A stretch of DNA of 64,000 nt from Candidatus Buchananbacteria bacterium (lineage in GTDB: Bacteria > Patescibacteriota > Patescibacteriia > 2-01-FULL-39-33), in the NCBI GenBank assembly GCA_041666945.1, contig JBAYFY010000004.1:6226-70225 (forward strand), written 5' to 3'. The translations under genes and the position numbers were made by a program. The notes beneath the pieces were generated by a model. It was not told the origin of the DNA and made no database searches. It was given only the letters and a program-made list of their open reading frames with translations. Positions 56,181-64,000 of this stretch are shown here, piece after piece; position 1 is the stretch's first letter; every line of letters begins with the position of its first letter.

Positions 56181-56366
56181 CGTCATTCCCGCGCACCCTG
56201 CCTGCCGGCAGGCAGGGGCGGGGATCCAATTTTCGTCTTTCGTCATCCCCGCGTAAGCGGGGATCCAAAAAATTAAAAACCATAAATAATAGACCCACAG
56301 ACAAATCCTCCCGCTCGCTTTGCTCGCTTACGGATTTTCTGCCCCTGCCGGCAGGCAGGGATGACA
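56181..56366. repeat. REP-like mosaic in the nusA leader
   Basis: Two GTCAT(T/C)CCCGCG..GCGGGGATCC units, one with CCTGCCTGCCGGCAGGCAGG in its loop; spacer shared with 4389-4416. Confidence 0.8.
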
Positions 56367-56391
56367 ATAAAGAAAATAATCTAATACTAAT

Positions 56392-58023
56392 ATGTCACAA
56401 TCACCAATCCAGGCAGCCATCCAACAAATCTGCCAGGAAAAAAACTTGGACGAAGCGGTCGTGCTTCGCGCCATTGAGGCGGCCTTAGCCGCCGCTTACC
56501 GCAAAGATTTCGGCAATAAACTGCAAAACATCATTACCGAATTTGATCCCAAAACAGGCGGGGTCAAGGCCTTTGACGTTAAAACCGTAGTGGAAAATGA
56601 ACCGGAAGAAGGCGCCGAGGGAGAAGTGCAAGAAACGGATGATGCCGAAGTTAAAGAAGCCAAAACGGAAAAGAAAAAGAAAACCAAAGAAGAGGCCGGA
56701 GCGTCATTCGCCGCCGCTTTTGCCGCGGCCTTAAAAGAGAAGCAAGAACGCGAAGAGCAGGAAACCGCCGCTCCGGAAAAAGAACAGAAAGAAAAAGCGG
56801 CCATGAAATCGTTCCTGGCCGAGGAAGTGGAGTTGACCGATGAGGAAAAAGAAAAAAAATTCAATCCCAAAACGGAAATCCAGATCAAAGACGCCTTGCT
56901 GGAGAAGCCGGATGCCAAGATCGGCGATGAAATTGTCACGCCGCTGGAAGTACCTGGAGAATTCGGCCGTATGGCCGCCCAAACCGCCAAGCAAGTCATT
57001 ATCCAAAAATTGCGCGAAGAAGAACGCCTGAAAATCTTTGAGGAATTCAAAAGTTTGGAACACACCATTATTACCGGCACCATCCAGCGTCGCGAAGGCC
57101 AGAATGTTTTTGTTGATTTCGGCCATACTGCCGCCATCATGCCGCCCGAAGAACAGGTGGAGCGCGAACGCTACAATATTGGCAATCGCATGAAGTTCTA
57201 TCTCAAAACAGTTGATCAGGGCCTTAGGGGATCAATGATGATTGTCTCGCGCGCCGATATCGCCGTGGTTAAGGGAATTTTTGAAGAAGAAATTCCGGAA
57301 ATCGCCACCGGCGCCGTGGAAATAAAATCCCTGGCGCGCGAAGCCGGCAGCCGCACCAAAGTCGCTATCGCTTCCACCGAGGAAAACATTGACCCCATAG
57401 GCGCTTGCGTCGGTCAACGCGGATCAAGAATCCAAACCATTATCAGCGAATTGTCCGGGGAAAAAGTTGACATTATTCTTTATGACGCCGATCCGGCCAA
57501 ATTTATCACCAATTCCTTATCGCCGGCCAAAGTCAATGACGTTATCATTGATGAAGCCAGCCATATAGCCAAGGTTAAGGTAAGGGAAGACCAGCTGTCC
57601 CTGGCCATCGGCCGCGGCGGTCAGAATGTCCGTTTGGCTTCCAAACTGACCGGCTGGAAAATTGACATCATTTCCGACGGCGGAGAAAAATACAATCCGG
57701 AAAAAGCGGCGGAAACTGCTGAAGGCGAAATTCCGGCTGAAACCGCAAAACCCGCTGAACCGGAAGACGTAAACACCGAAAAAGGCGTTGGAGAGCCGGC
57801 CAAAACCGAACCGAGCCAAGAAGAAACTCCGAAGGAAAAGAAAAAAAGGACTAAAAAAAAGAAAACGATTGAGGACGACAAAAAAGAAGGGGCGGAAGAA
57901 ATAAAATCGGAAGAAACTCCATTGCTTGAGGAAGTCCCCATAGCCGAAGAGTTGGCTGAAACCCGGCCAAGCGAGGAAGCCGCGGAAGAAACAAGCGCGA
58001 CTGAAAAAAATCCAGCGGAATAA
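56392..58023 (+). CDS. nusA: transcription termination/antitermination factor NusA
   Basis: AIEAAL.AAYRK, FGRMAAQTAKQVIIQKLRE, AREAGSRTK, GACVGQRG.R, SLAIGRGGQNVRLASKLTGWKIDI. Confidence 0.97.
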   Translation: MSQSPIQAAIQQICQEKNLDEAVVLRAIEAALAAAYRKDFGNKLQNIITEFDPKTGGVKAFDVKTVVENEPEEGAEGEVQETDDAEVKEAKTEKKKKTKEEAGASFAAAFAAALKEKQEREEQETAAPEKEQKEKAAMKSFLAEEVELTDEEKEKKFNPKTEIQIKDALLEKPDAKIGDEIVTPLEVPGEFGRMAAQTAKQVIIQKLREEERLKIFEEFKSLEHTIITGTIQRREGQNVFVDFGHTAAIMPPEEQVERERYNIGNRMKFYLKTVDQGLRGSMMIVSRADIAVVKGIFEEEIPEIATGAVEIKSLAREAGSRTKVAIASTEENIDPIGACVGQRGSRIQTIISELSGEKVDIILYDADPAKFITNSLSPAKVNDVIIDEASHIAKVKVREDQLSLAIGRGGQNVRLASKLTGWKIDIISDGGEKYNPEKAAETAEGEIPAETAKPAEPEDVNTEKGVGEPAKTEPSQEETPKEKKKRTKKKKTIEDDKKEGAEEIKSEETPLLEEVPIAEELAETRPSEEAAEETSATEKNPAE

Positions 58024-58035
58024 GATAATGTAGTT

Positions 58036-58078
58036 CCCCGGGGCAAACCCGGGGGTGATAGGGGAACTTACGTACTAA
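58036..58078 (+). repeat. ~45-bp dispersed palindromic element, copy 2 (copy 1 at 6-50)
   Basis: Aligns with the reverse complement of 6-50. Confidence 0.7.
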
Positions 58079-58219
58079 CGCAGCTCGGCAAGCCGAGCAG
58101 TATTCGACTACATTGGCGTCGCTCGCTCGGAATCCAGCGCTTTGAAGCGCTGGTTCGCTCGCTCACTAGCCAATAAAACCGACCCGGTCAGCCGAGTCGG
58201 TTTTATATTTGATAATCTA

Positions 58220-58284
58220 TTGACAAGACAACCCGTATTTGTTAAGCTTAATTATCTATTGATTTATGATAGAACTTTAGCAAC
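58220..58284 (+). promoter_or_regulatory. sigma70 promoter (TTGACA-N17-TAAGCT) with boxA-like GAACTTTAGCAAC
   Basis: -35 at 58220-58225, -10 at 58243-58248, motif at 58272-58284. Confidence 0.6.
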
Positions 58285-58301
58285 CTTGGAAAGGAGGTAA
58301 A

Positions 58302-59072
58302 ATGCCCGTTCCTTATATCAGCATCACTGGTTTTACTAACCGTCAACAAGCCGAGGCAATGTCTATAGTAATTGAGCGCGCCGGCGCGGAAACGCCTTTG
58401 CCGCATCATTTGGGCGTAGGAGTCATGACGAGCCATAAGTTATTACGCGGCTTGCCGACCCGTTACGCCGAAGTTTTTCCGAAAAAATCAGACATCAGCA
58501 AAATCTTCATTCCTCATCCTTTGGCTTTCAACACCTTGCACTTTGCCGATTATGAAGCTTACTCCTGGGATGAGACGACCAGGGATTTTGAGGAAGCTTT
58601 ATTTTGGGGCGAACCGTATATGCAAGCCCTGCAGCTTGACATGATTTGGCCCGATTATGAGGTAGTCAGTAATTTTAAAAGGATCTACCCCCGGATAAGC
58701 ATCATCTTGCAAATTGGCGCTTACGCCTTCAAAGAAGTGGAAGAACAACCCGATAAGCTGCTGGAGAGATTGAAGTTATACGGCTCGGCCCTTGATTATG
58801 TCTTATTGGACAAAAGCATGGGCCAAGGCAAATTGATGTCCGTTCAATTTTTAGAACCGTTCTTGGATAAATTATCTGAGCAACGTCCCGATCTGGGATT
58901 GGTGGTGGCCGGCGGTCTGGGACCGGAAACAATAGGAGTAATTGAATCGCTGATTAAAAAATATCCCAAACTAAGCATTGATGCTCAAGGACGGCTACTT
59001 GATTGGCAAATGGCCAAAAGCTATCTGGAACAAGCCATACACCTGTTTCAATCAGTGAATAACAGTGAATAA
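58302..59072 (+). CDS. stand-alone TrpF/PRAI-like TIM-barrel protein
   Basis: ALQL, VLLDKSMGQG, VAGGLGPE, SIDAQG.L; SD AAGGAGGT. Confidence 0.7.
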   Translation: MPVPYISITGFTNRQQAEAMSIVIERAGAETPLPHHLGVGVMTSHKLLRGLPTRYAEVFPKKSDISKIFIPHPLAFNTLHFADYEAYSWDETTRDFEEALFWGEPYMQALQLDMIWPDYEVVSNFKRIYPRISIILQIGAYAFKEVEEQPDKLLERLKLYGSALDYVLLDKSMGQGKLMSVQFLEPFLDKLSEQRPDLGLVVAGGLGPETIGVIESLIKKYPKLSIDAQGRLLDWQMAKSYLEQAIHLFQSVNNSE

Positions 59073-59118
59073 TTGGCACAAACAGACCTGTCGAAAAATT
59101 TCGACAGGTCTTTAAATT

Positions 59119-61623
59119 TCACTGGCTGTTTTTTGCTCTTAATTTATACCCCAGCCAACCGCTAAACGCAATGAAAAATATTATGACGGCTACGGCATAA
59201 CTCAAAGGCGAACCGAGAAACGGCGCCTTATCTCCGACTTCATAAGCGCCTTTGACCTGGCCGCTAATTGCTGTGATATCCTTGGCGCTGCGCGGCAGAA
59301 GCCGGGCGCCTGAAGCGGTCAGCGAAGCAATGCCAACGACCGTAACTTTATCGCCCGCATGCCAATTGATTTCCTTGGTGTCAATCCGATTTTTAAGATA
59401 TACCTTAACTTCGCCGCTGCCGTCGTCAACAAACGCATTGCGGCCTTTAATCTCTAACAGTTCACCGGAAATCTTTACGAGTGATCCGATATTATCTTCC
59501 AACTCAATCGCGCTGATTTCCTGCGGTTGCGGTTCGGCTTCGCTGGACAAATATTTGATGTCGTCGCGGGTTTTTATCTTTATTCTTCTCTCGCCGGCGG
59601 TCTCCGATATCTCTCCGACAACCTCTATCCGATCGCCGACTTTAAGTTCGGGAAAATCTTTTTTATTGCAATATACCTGAATGCCGGAGCCGGCCAAATA
59701 GAAGATCTGCGTGCCCAACACTCCCGGTTCTACCGACACTACGCCACTGACTCTGACTTTGTCACCCACGGCCAAATTCTTCAGCTCTTCCATGCTGACC
59801 GCATGGATTGCTCCGGAACTGCCGGCGGCTTTTTTGATCGCCGCCGCTTTAATGGTGTTTAAAACCTCAACCGTCTGTTCCCGGTCCAGGCCATCGCCGG
59901 GAAAAATATTTTCCGCTCCCGGCGTCGGTTGTTCCGTCCACAGCCATTCGCCTTTAGCGGTTCTGGCATAAGCCAAACCCTCGCTCTGCTTGGCCGTATA
60001 ACTCACACGATCCAATAATTCTCCCAGCGGCGAAAACAAGTTGGCCGTTTCAAAACCAGTATCATTTAAAGCGATGGACGTGGATGCCCGCTTGATGGCG
60101 ATTAATTCCTGGGGCAATAACGGCAGAGTTGAGGAAGCGGCGCGCAAATAATGCTTCTTGTTGGTATTGTCCGTCAAATAAAAACCGTTTAAATCAATCG
60201 TGGTGGTGGAGATGTTTTTTAATTCTATAAACTCGTCATTGGCGCCCGTGGCCGGATGAGGGAATAACTCGTTAATAATTAATTTGCCGTAATAATCTCC
60301 GGCGGCGATAACGGCGGTGGAGGTGGTTGAACTGGCGGTTTCAATGCTAACCGGTTGATAATCGGAGGGAGATGAACCGCCGCCGGTTGAACCGCCGGAA
60401 ACCGGCTTGGGCGTAATGACATTTATCGCGCCTTTGGTCGGCGTGATGGTTTCTTCAAAAATACCGCTGCTGTTGCGCGCCCAGGCCTCGCCTTTCTTAT
60501 TGGAATAATCGCCGTAAACGGTTTGATCAAAAATTTTATCGGCCAAACTCAAGACGATGGTGTCGCCGTCATTATTCAAATTGCCGGCAATATTTTCCAC
60601 CGCCAAATATTGGCCGGGAGAAATTTCACCACTTAAAGTGGTGGTAACGAATTTATCGCCGTCAATATTAAGCAACAACAATTCGGATAAATCCCGGGTG
60701 GAAGTGGCGGTATTAAACAATTCTATCCATTCCTCTTCGCCGGCATCGGGAGCGGGGTAAATTTCATTGATGACCACATCGCCGATTTGCGGCTTTAGCG
60801 CCAAAGTGGTGGTGGGCGTAGAGGTGGGCGTCGTGGTGCCGACGGGGTCGGTGATGAATAAATTCAAAATCGCGGGGGAAGAGGTGGCTCCTTCGCTGTC
60901 CACCACGTAATAGTTGACCGCATAAGTCCCGGATGCCGGAAAACTTTGGCTGACATTAACGCCGTGCCTGGTTAATTGCTGGCCGAAATCCCAAAGCCAG
61001 TCAATTAAGGCATTTCCGTCCGGGTCGGTGGAACCGCCGTCGGAAAATTCTATTTCCTCTCCCGTTTCGGCTGCGGTTTTGGTCGAGGTGGCCACAGCCA
61101 CGGGCGGTTGATTGGGCAGGGTTAAATCCAACCTGACATTATTTACGCCAACGCCATGCCGAGAATCAACATCAACGCTGCCACGGAAACGCAATTGCAG
61201 ATTGCTGCCGCAAAACAGGGTTACGGGAGTGGAAGAAATAAAAGCCGTGGTTAACGCTTGAAATGATTGCAAAGTCCGCCACTCGCTGCCAGCGACCGAA
61301 CTTTCCAAATATAACATATCACTGGTGCCGGTGGCGCTTGAATAATATCTTTTGTAATCAAAGCTGATAGCAGCAGTCGTACAACGGCTCAAGTCGATCA
61401 TGCCAGTTGCTAAAACCGACTCGGGATTGTTAAAAATCCAATAATCGCCATTGTCATTTACGGTCTGTTGCCAATCGCCGGCCGAGCAGCTGCCGTTAAC
61501 GCAATTGGTGAAAGCCAGCTGATTGCCGGCCGCGCGAGACACTTCGCCTGAAAGCAAAATAAAAAATCCGGCGGTTGCAACGGCCGCCAGAAATATCAAA
61601 TAAAAAAAGATCGCCCTCCTCAT
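59119..61623 (-). CDS. surface protein with PKD domain, two lamin-tail (LTD) domains, two OB folds and C-terminal TM
   Basis: NQPPVA...STDPDG...WDFG (PKD); VVINEIYP...EWIELFN and IINELFP...EFIELKN (LTD) with TP.(K/P)GA.N ends; VRVSGVV...GIQVY and VKISG...VDDGSGEV (OB). Confidence 0.85.
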   Translation of the reverse strand: MRRAIFFYLIFLAAVATAGFFILLSGEVSRAAGNQLAFTNCVNGSCSAGDWQQTVNDNGDYWIFNNPESVLATGMIDLSRCTTAAISFDYKRYYSSATGTSDMLYLESSVAGSEWRTLQSFQALTTAFISSTPVTLFCGSNLQLRFRGSVDVDSRHGVGVNNVRLDLTLPNQPPVAVATSTKTAAETGEEIEFSDGGSTDPDGNALIDWLWDFGQQLTRHGVNVSQSFPASGTYAVNYYVVDSEGATSSPAILNLFITDPVGTTTPTSTPTTTLALKPQIGDVVINEIYPAPDAGEEEWIELFNTATSTRDLSELLLLNIDGDKFVTTTLSGEISPGQYLAVENIAGNLNNDGDTIVLSLADKIFDQTVYGDYSNKKGEAWARNSSGIFEETITPTKGAINVITPKPVSGGSTGGGSSPSDYQPVSIETASSTTSTAVIAAGDYYGKLIINELFPHPATGANDEFIELKNISTTTIDLNGFYLTDNTNKKHYLRAASSTLPLLPQELIAIKRASTSIALNDTGFETANLFSPLGELLDRVSYTAKQSEGLAYARTAKGEWLWTEQPTPGAENIFPGDGLDREQTVEVLNTIKAAAIKKAAGSSGAIHAVSMEELKNLAVGDKVRVSGVVSVEPGVLGTQIFYLAGSGIQVYCNKKDFPELKVGDRIEVVGEISETAGERRIKIKTRDDIKYLSSEAEPQPQEISAIELEDNIGSLVKISGELLEIKGRNAFVDDGSGEVKVYLKNRIDTKEINWHAGDKVTVVGIASLTASGARLLPRSAKDITAISGQVKGAYEVGDKAPFLGSPLSYAVAVIIFFIAFSGWLGYKLRAKNSQ

Positions 61624-61669
61624 AACTATTATAAATTAATTATAAATTTTTTAAATCTTTCTTTTGACT

Positions 61670-62098
61670 TTCGTCATCCCCTTACTGCTTTGTCATCCCC
61701 GCGCAGGCGGGGATCCATAATTTATAGCGATTTACTGCTCCGTCATCCCCGCGAAGGCGGGGATCCAGTTTCCGTCATCCCCGCGCAGGCGGGGATCCAG
61801 TTTCCGTCATCCCCGCGCAGGCGGGGATCCAGAACCTATAGCAACTTACTGCTTCGTCATCCCCGCGCAGGCGGGGATCCAGTTTTCGTCATCCCCGCGC
61901 AGGCGGGGATCCAGTTTTCGTCATCCCCGCGCAGGCGGGGATCCAGAACCTATAGCAACTTACTGCTTCGTCATCCCCGCGTAGGCGGGGATCCAGTTTC
62001 CGTCATCCCCGCGCAGGCGGGGATCCAGAGTTTATAGCAATTTACTGCAATGGATTCCCGCCCTTTCCTGCCGGTAGGCAAGGCGCGCGGGAATGACG
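61670..62098 (+). repeat. REP/BIME-like array: nine GTCATCCCCGCGNAGGCGGGGATCCA units plus one inverted unit
   Basis: Units at 32- or 50-bp spacing with two recurring spacer types, GTTT(T/C)C and GAACCTATAGCAACTTACTGCTTC; 114-bp higher-order period. Confidence 0.93.
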
Positions 62099-62177
62099 GA
62101 TAAAAACATAATGTTTAAATTATATCACGGACGTTGACTGGCAGGCAATAATCCACTATACTTAAAAGGTATAAAAT

Positions 62178-62942
62178 ATGCCTAAAATTTCCATTATCAT
62201 TCCGACTTTGAATGAAGAAAAAACTTTGCCCGACTTGCTGGAGTCAATTAAAGATCAGGAATTCACCGACTATGAAATCATTATCTCCGACGCCGGCTCT
62301 ACTGACAAAACCATAGAAATCTCCCAGGACTACGGCTGTCGCATTGTCAAGGGCGGCATGCCGGCCGTCGGACGCAATCATGGCGCGGCGATTGCCGCCG
62401 GCGAGTGGCTGTTGTTTTTGGATGCCGATGTATTCTTGTCCGGCAAATTCTTAAAATTTCTGATTGAAGAAGCCGAGGAAAAAAAAGCTGACGTCGCTTC
62501 CTGCGCCGTCATCCCTTTAAGCGATAAAATTATTGACGCTATTTTGCACGATATGGCTAACGCCTACATCCAGCTGACCCAATATTTTTATCCGCACGCT
62601 CCGGGCTTTTGCATTTTCATTAAAAAATCATTGTATGACCGCAGCGGCGGTTTTGACGAGTCGCTCAAGCTGGCCGAGGATCACGAATACATCAAACGCG
62701 TTAAAAAACACGGCGTCTATAAAATACTCAAACGTCCTAAAATATATGTCTCTGTCCGCCGCTTGGAAACAGACGGGAGATTTAACGTTGCGGCCAAGTA
62801 TGTGGCTTGCGAAGTATACCGGGCGCTGTTAGGCGAAATCAGGACTGATATTTTTAAATATAAATTCGGCCACCATTACGCCCAATTGCCCAAGGGCAAA
62901 AAAATGCGGGAAAAAATCCTGGAATTCATCAGTAAATTGTAA
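62178..62942 (+). CDS. glycosyltransferase family 2
   Basis: ISIIIPTLNEE, DAGSTD.T, GRNHGA, FLDAD, GGFDE...ED. Confidence 0.92.
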   Translation: MPKISIIIPTLNEEKTLPDLLESIKDQEFTDYEIIISDAGSTDKTIEISQDYGCRIVKGGMPAVGRNHGAAIAAGEWLLFLDADVFLSGKFLKFLIEEAEEKKADVASCAVIPLSDKIIDAILHDMANAYIQLTQYFYPHAPGFCIFIKKSLYDRSGGFDESLKLAEDHEYIKRVKKHGVYKILKRPKIYVSVRRLETDGRFNVAAKYVACEVYRALLGEIRTDIFKYKFGHHYAQLPKGKKMREKILEFISKL

Positions 62943-62972
62943 TTAAAATCCTCGCTCTGTGGCGAGGATTTT

Positions 62973-63518
62973 TTAATTCTTGCGGCTATAAACAGCCGTT
63001 AATTCTCCCGAATCAATTAAGGCGCCGCTAATGGCCTCGTCAACCTGCCGGCGATCGGGAGTGTTAGAAAAATCTAACATTTTGTCCAGAGCGTAAACAT
63101 GAAAGACATAACGATGGCTGCCGGAGGGCGGGCAGGGCGGAAAGTAGGACTGCTTCCGCCCGCTATTATTGCCAACTTTGGCTTCTGCCGGCAAGCTGTT
63201 TTCCTTAATTATCGCCGTATCGGGACTTAAATTATACACTAACCAATGAGTAAAAGTGCCGGCCGGCGCATCCGGATCATCCAGAATAACAGCCAAACTC
63301 TTAGACCCCTCGGGAACGTTTGAAATATGAAGTTCCGGACTGACGCCTTCGCCGTCGCAAGTGAATATTGACGGCAAAACATCGCCCGCTTCAAATTGCG
63401 GTGAAGTGACTTTAATCATATGTTTTAAATTAGTTGTTGAAACATCTGCCAGCTTAATGCCAATAGCACAGCCGGTCAAAAACAAAATAAATACCGATAA
63501 TATTACGGCTTTTCTCAT
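62973..63518 (-). CDS. YbhB/YbcL (PEBP/Raf kinase inhibitor-like) lipoprotein
   Basis: Lipobox LTGC, TCDG..VSP, DPDAP, THW, PPCPP..SHRY.F.VYALD. Confidence 0.92.
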   Translation of the reverse strand: MRKAVILSVFILFLTGCAIGIKLADVSTTNLKHMIKVTSPQFEAGDVLPSIFTCDGEGVSPELHISNVPEGSKSLAVILDDPDAPAGTFTHWLVYNLSPDTAIIKENSLPAEAKVGNNSGRKQSYFPPCPPSGSHRYVFHVYALDKMLDFSNTPDRRQVDEAISGALIDSGELTAVYSRKN

Positions 63519-63601
63519 ATAGAATAATTATAGCACCAAAATTTTTCCATATAAACAATAAAAGACGATCGGAAGACCGTCTTTTATTGTTTAACTAATA
63601 C

Positions 63602-63799
63602 TTAGGCTGATTCTATTTCCTCTGCCAATTTTCTCAATACATCTAAAATCTTTGGTTTGAGCTCTGTTTTTATATCCTCAGGTAAACTCTTAACATAACT
63701 GGCTAAGGTTTCTGGTTGTATATACCCATTTTCTGACCCCACCACAACTCGCATAGCCTCATCGGCCTTACTTTCTTGTCGTGATTCAAATTTTTCCAT
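63602..63799 (-). CDS. small hypothetical protein
   Basis: 65 aa starting MEKFE, AT-rich leader, directly after tRNA-Ala; terminator hairpin at 63554-63592. Confidence 0.6.
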   Translation of the reverse strand: MEKFESRQESKADEAMRVVVGSENGYIQPETLASYVKSLPEDIKTELKPKILDVLRKLAEEIESA

Positions 63800-63823
63800 A
63801 TTATTTTTATTAAATTAAATTTA

Positions 63824-63897
63824 TGGACCCGAGCAGAGTCGAACTGCTGACCTCCGCATTGCAAATGCGGCGTTCTAACCAACTGAACTACGGGCCC
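63824..63897 (-). tRNA. tRNA-Ala(TGC)
   Basis: GGGCCCGTAGTTCAGTTGGTTAGAACGCCGCATTTGCAATGCGGAGGTCAGCAGTTCGACTCTGCTCGGGTCCA; anticodon TGC, G3:U70 pair. Confidence 0.96.
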
Positions 63898-63910
63898 TTG
63901 TATTGTTTTG

Positions 63911-64000
63911 CTATTTTAGACCTTTAACCACCGGCGAAAAAAACCAAGCGAGTAAATTATAAATCAAATCCGTGGCGATTAAGGCGCCGACAAACATCAC
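63911..64000 (-). CDS. 3' end of a probable membrane protein running off the window
   Basis: Open frame ...VMFVGALIATDLIYNLLAWFFSPVVKGLK* ending in TAG at 63913-63911. Confidence 0.4.
   Translation of the reverse strand: MMFVGALIATDLIYNLLAWFFSPVVKGLK

Noticed and set aside
61690-62037. 115-aa ORF (SSPRRRGS / RHPRAGGDP / VIPAQAGI repeats)
   Set aside because: It is a translation of the palindromic repeat array. The same applies to 56167-56367 and the first 15 codons of ORF 4669.
61670-62098. CRISPR array (also considered for 4341-4697)
   Set aside because: Spacers are only 6 or 24 nt and are themselves repeated, orientation flips at one end, and no cas genes are present. This fits REP/BIME-like mosaics.

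Overview
64 kb of bacterial chromosome read with genetic code 11 (e.g. glyA ends in TGA). Gene content and protein styles suggest Patescibacteria/CPR, probably a Parcubacteria-type lineage; this is inference, not a database result. The backbone is housekeeping: rlmN, rpsT, tyrS, trxB/trxA, lspA, rsmE, glyA, queA, ruvB, a CIRCE-led hrcA-grpE-hsp20-dnaK...dnaJ cluster, tig, ppsA, pyk, nusA, tRNA-Leu(TAG) and tRNA-Ala(TGC). Surface proteins include an S74-chaperone/LVIVD fibre, a WxL/DUF916-like trio and an LTD-PKD-OB protein. Several REP-like mosaic palindrome arrays are present; none is a CRISPR. Two things stand out. (1) A seven-gene minus-strand island (about 21.2-28.4 kb) encodes NadD-like, NUDIX, eukaryote-type NAPRT, histidine phosphatase, NDT/TIR-like hydrolase, plant-type class II PRPP synthase and a membrane ORFan. 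It reads as an ADP-ribose-to-NAD+ rebuilding pathway, analogous to but different from phage NARP systems. (2) About a dozen accessory or ORFan units share one architecture that core genes mostly lack: near-consensus sigma70 promoter, boxA-like motif, strong Shine-Dalgarno, ORF(s), often a second GYAC motif, then an intrinsic terminator. Three of these units sit antisense inside the heat-shock cluster. All protein family calls come from recognising motifs by eye; no searches were run.
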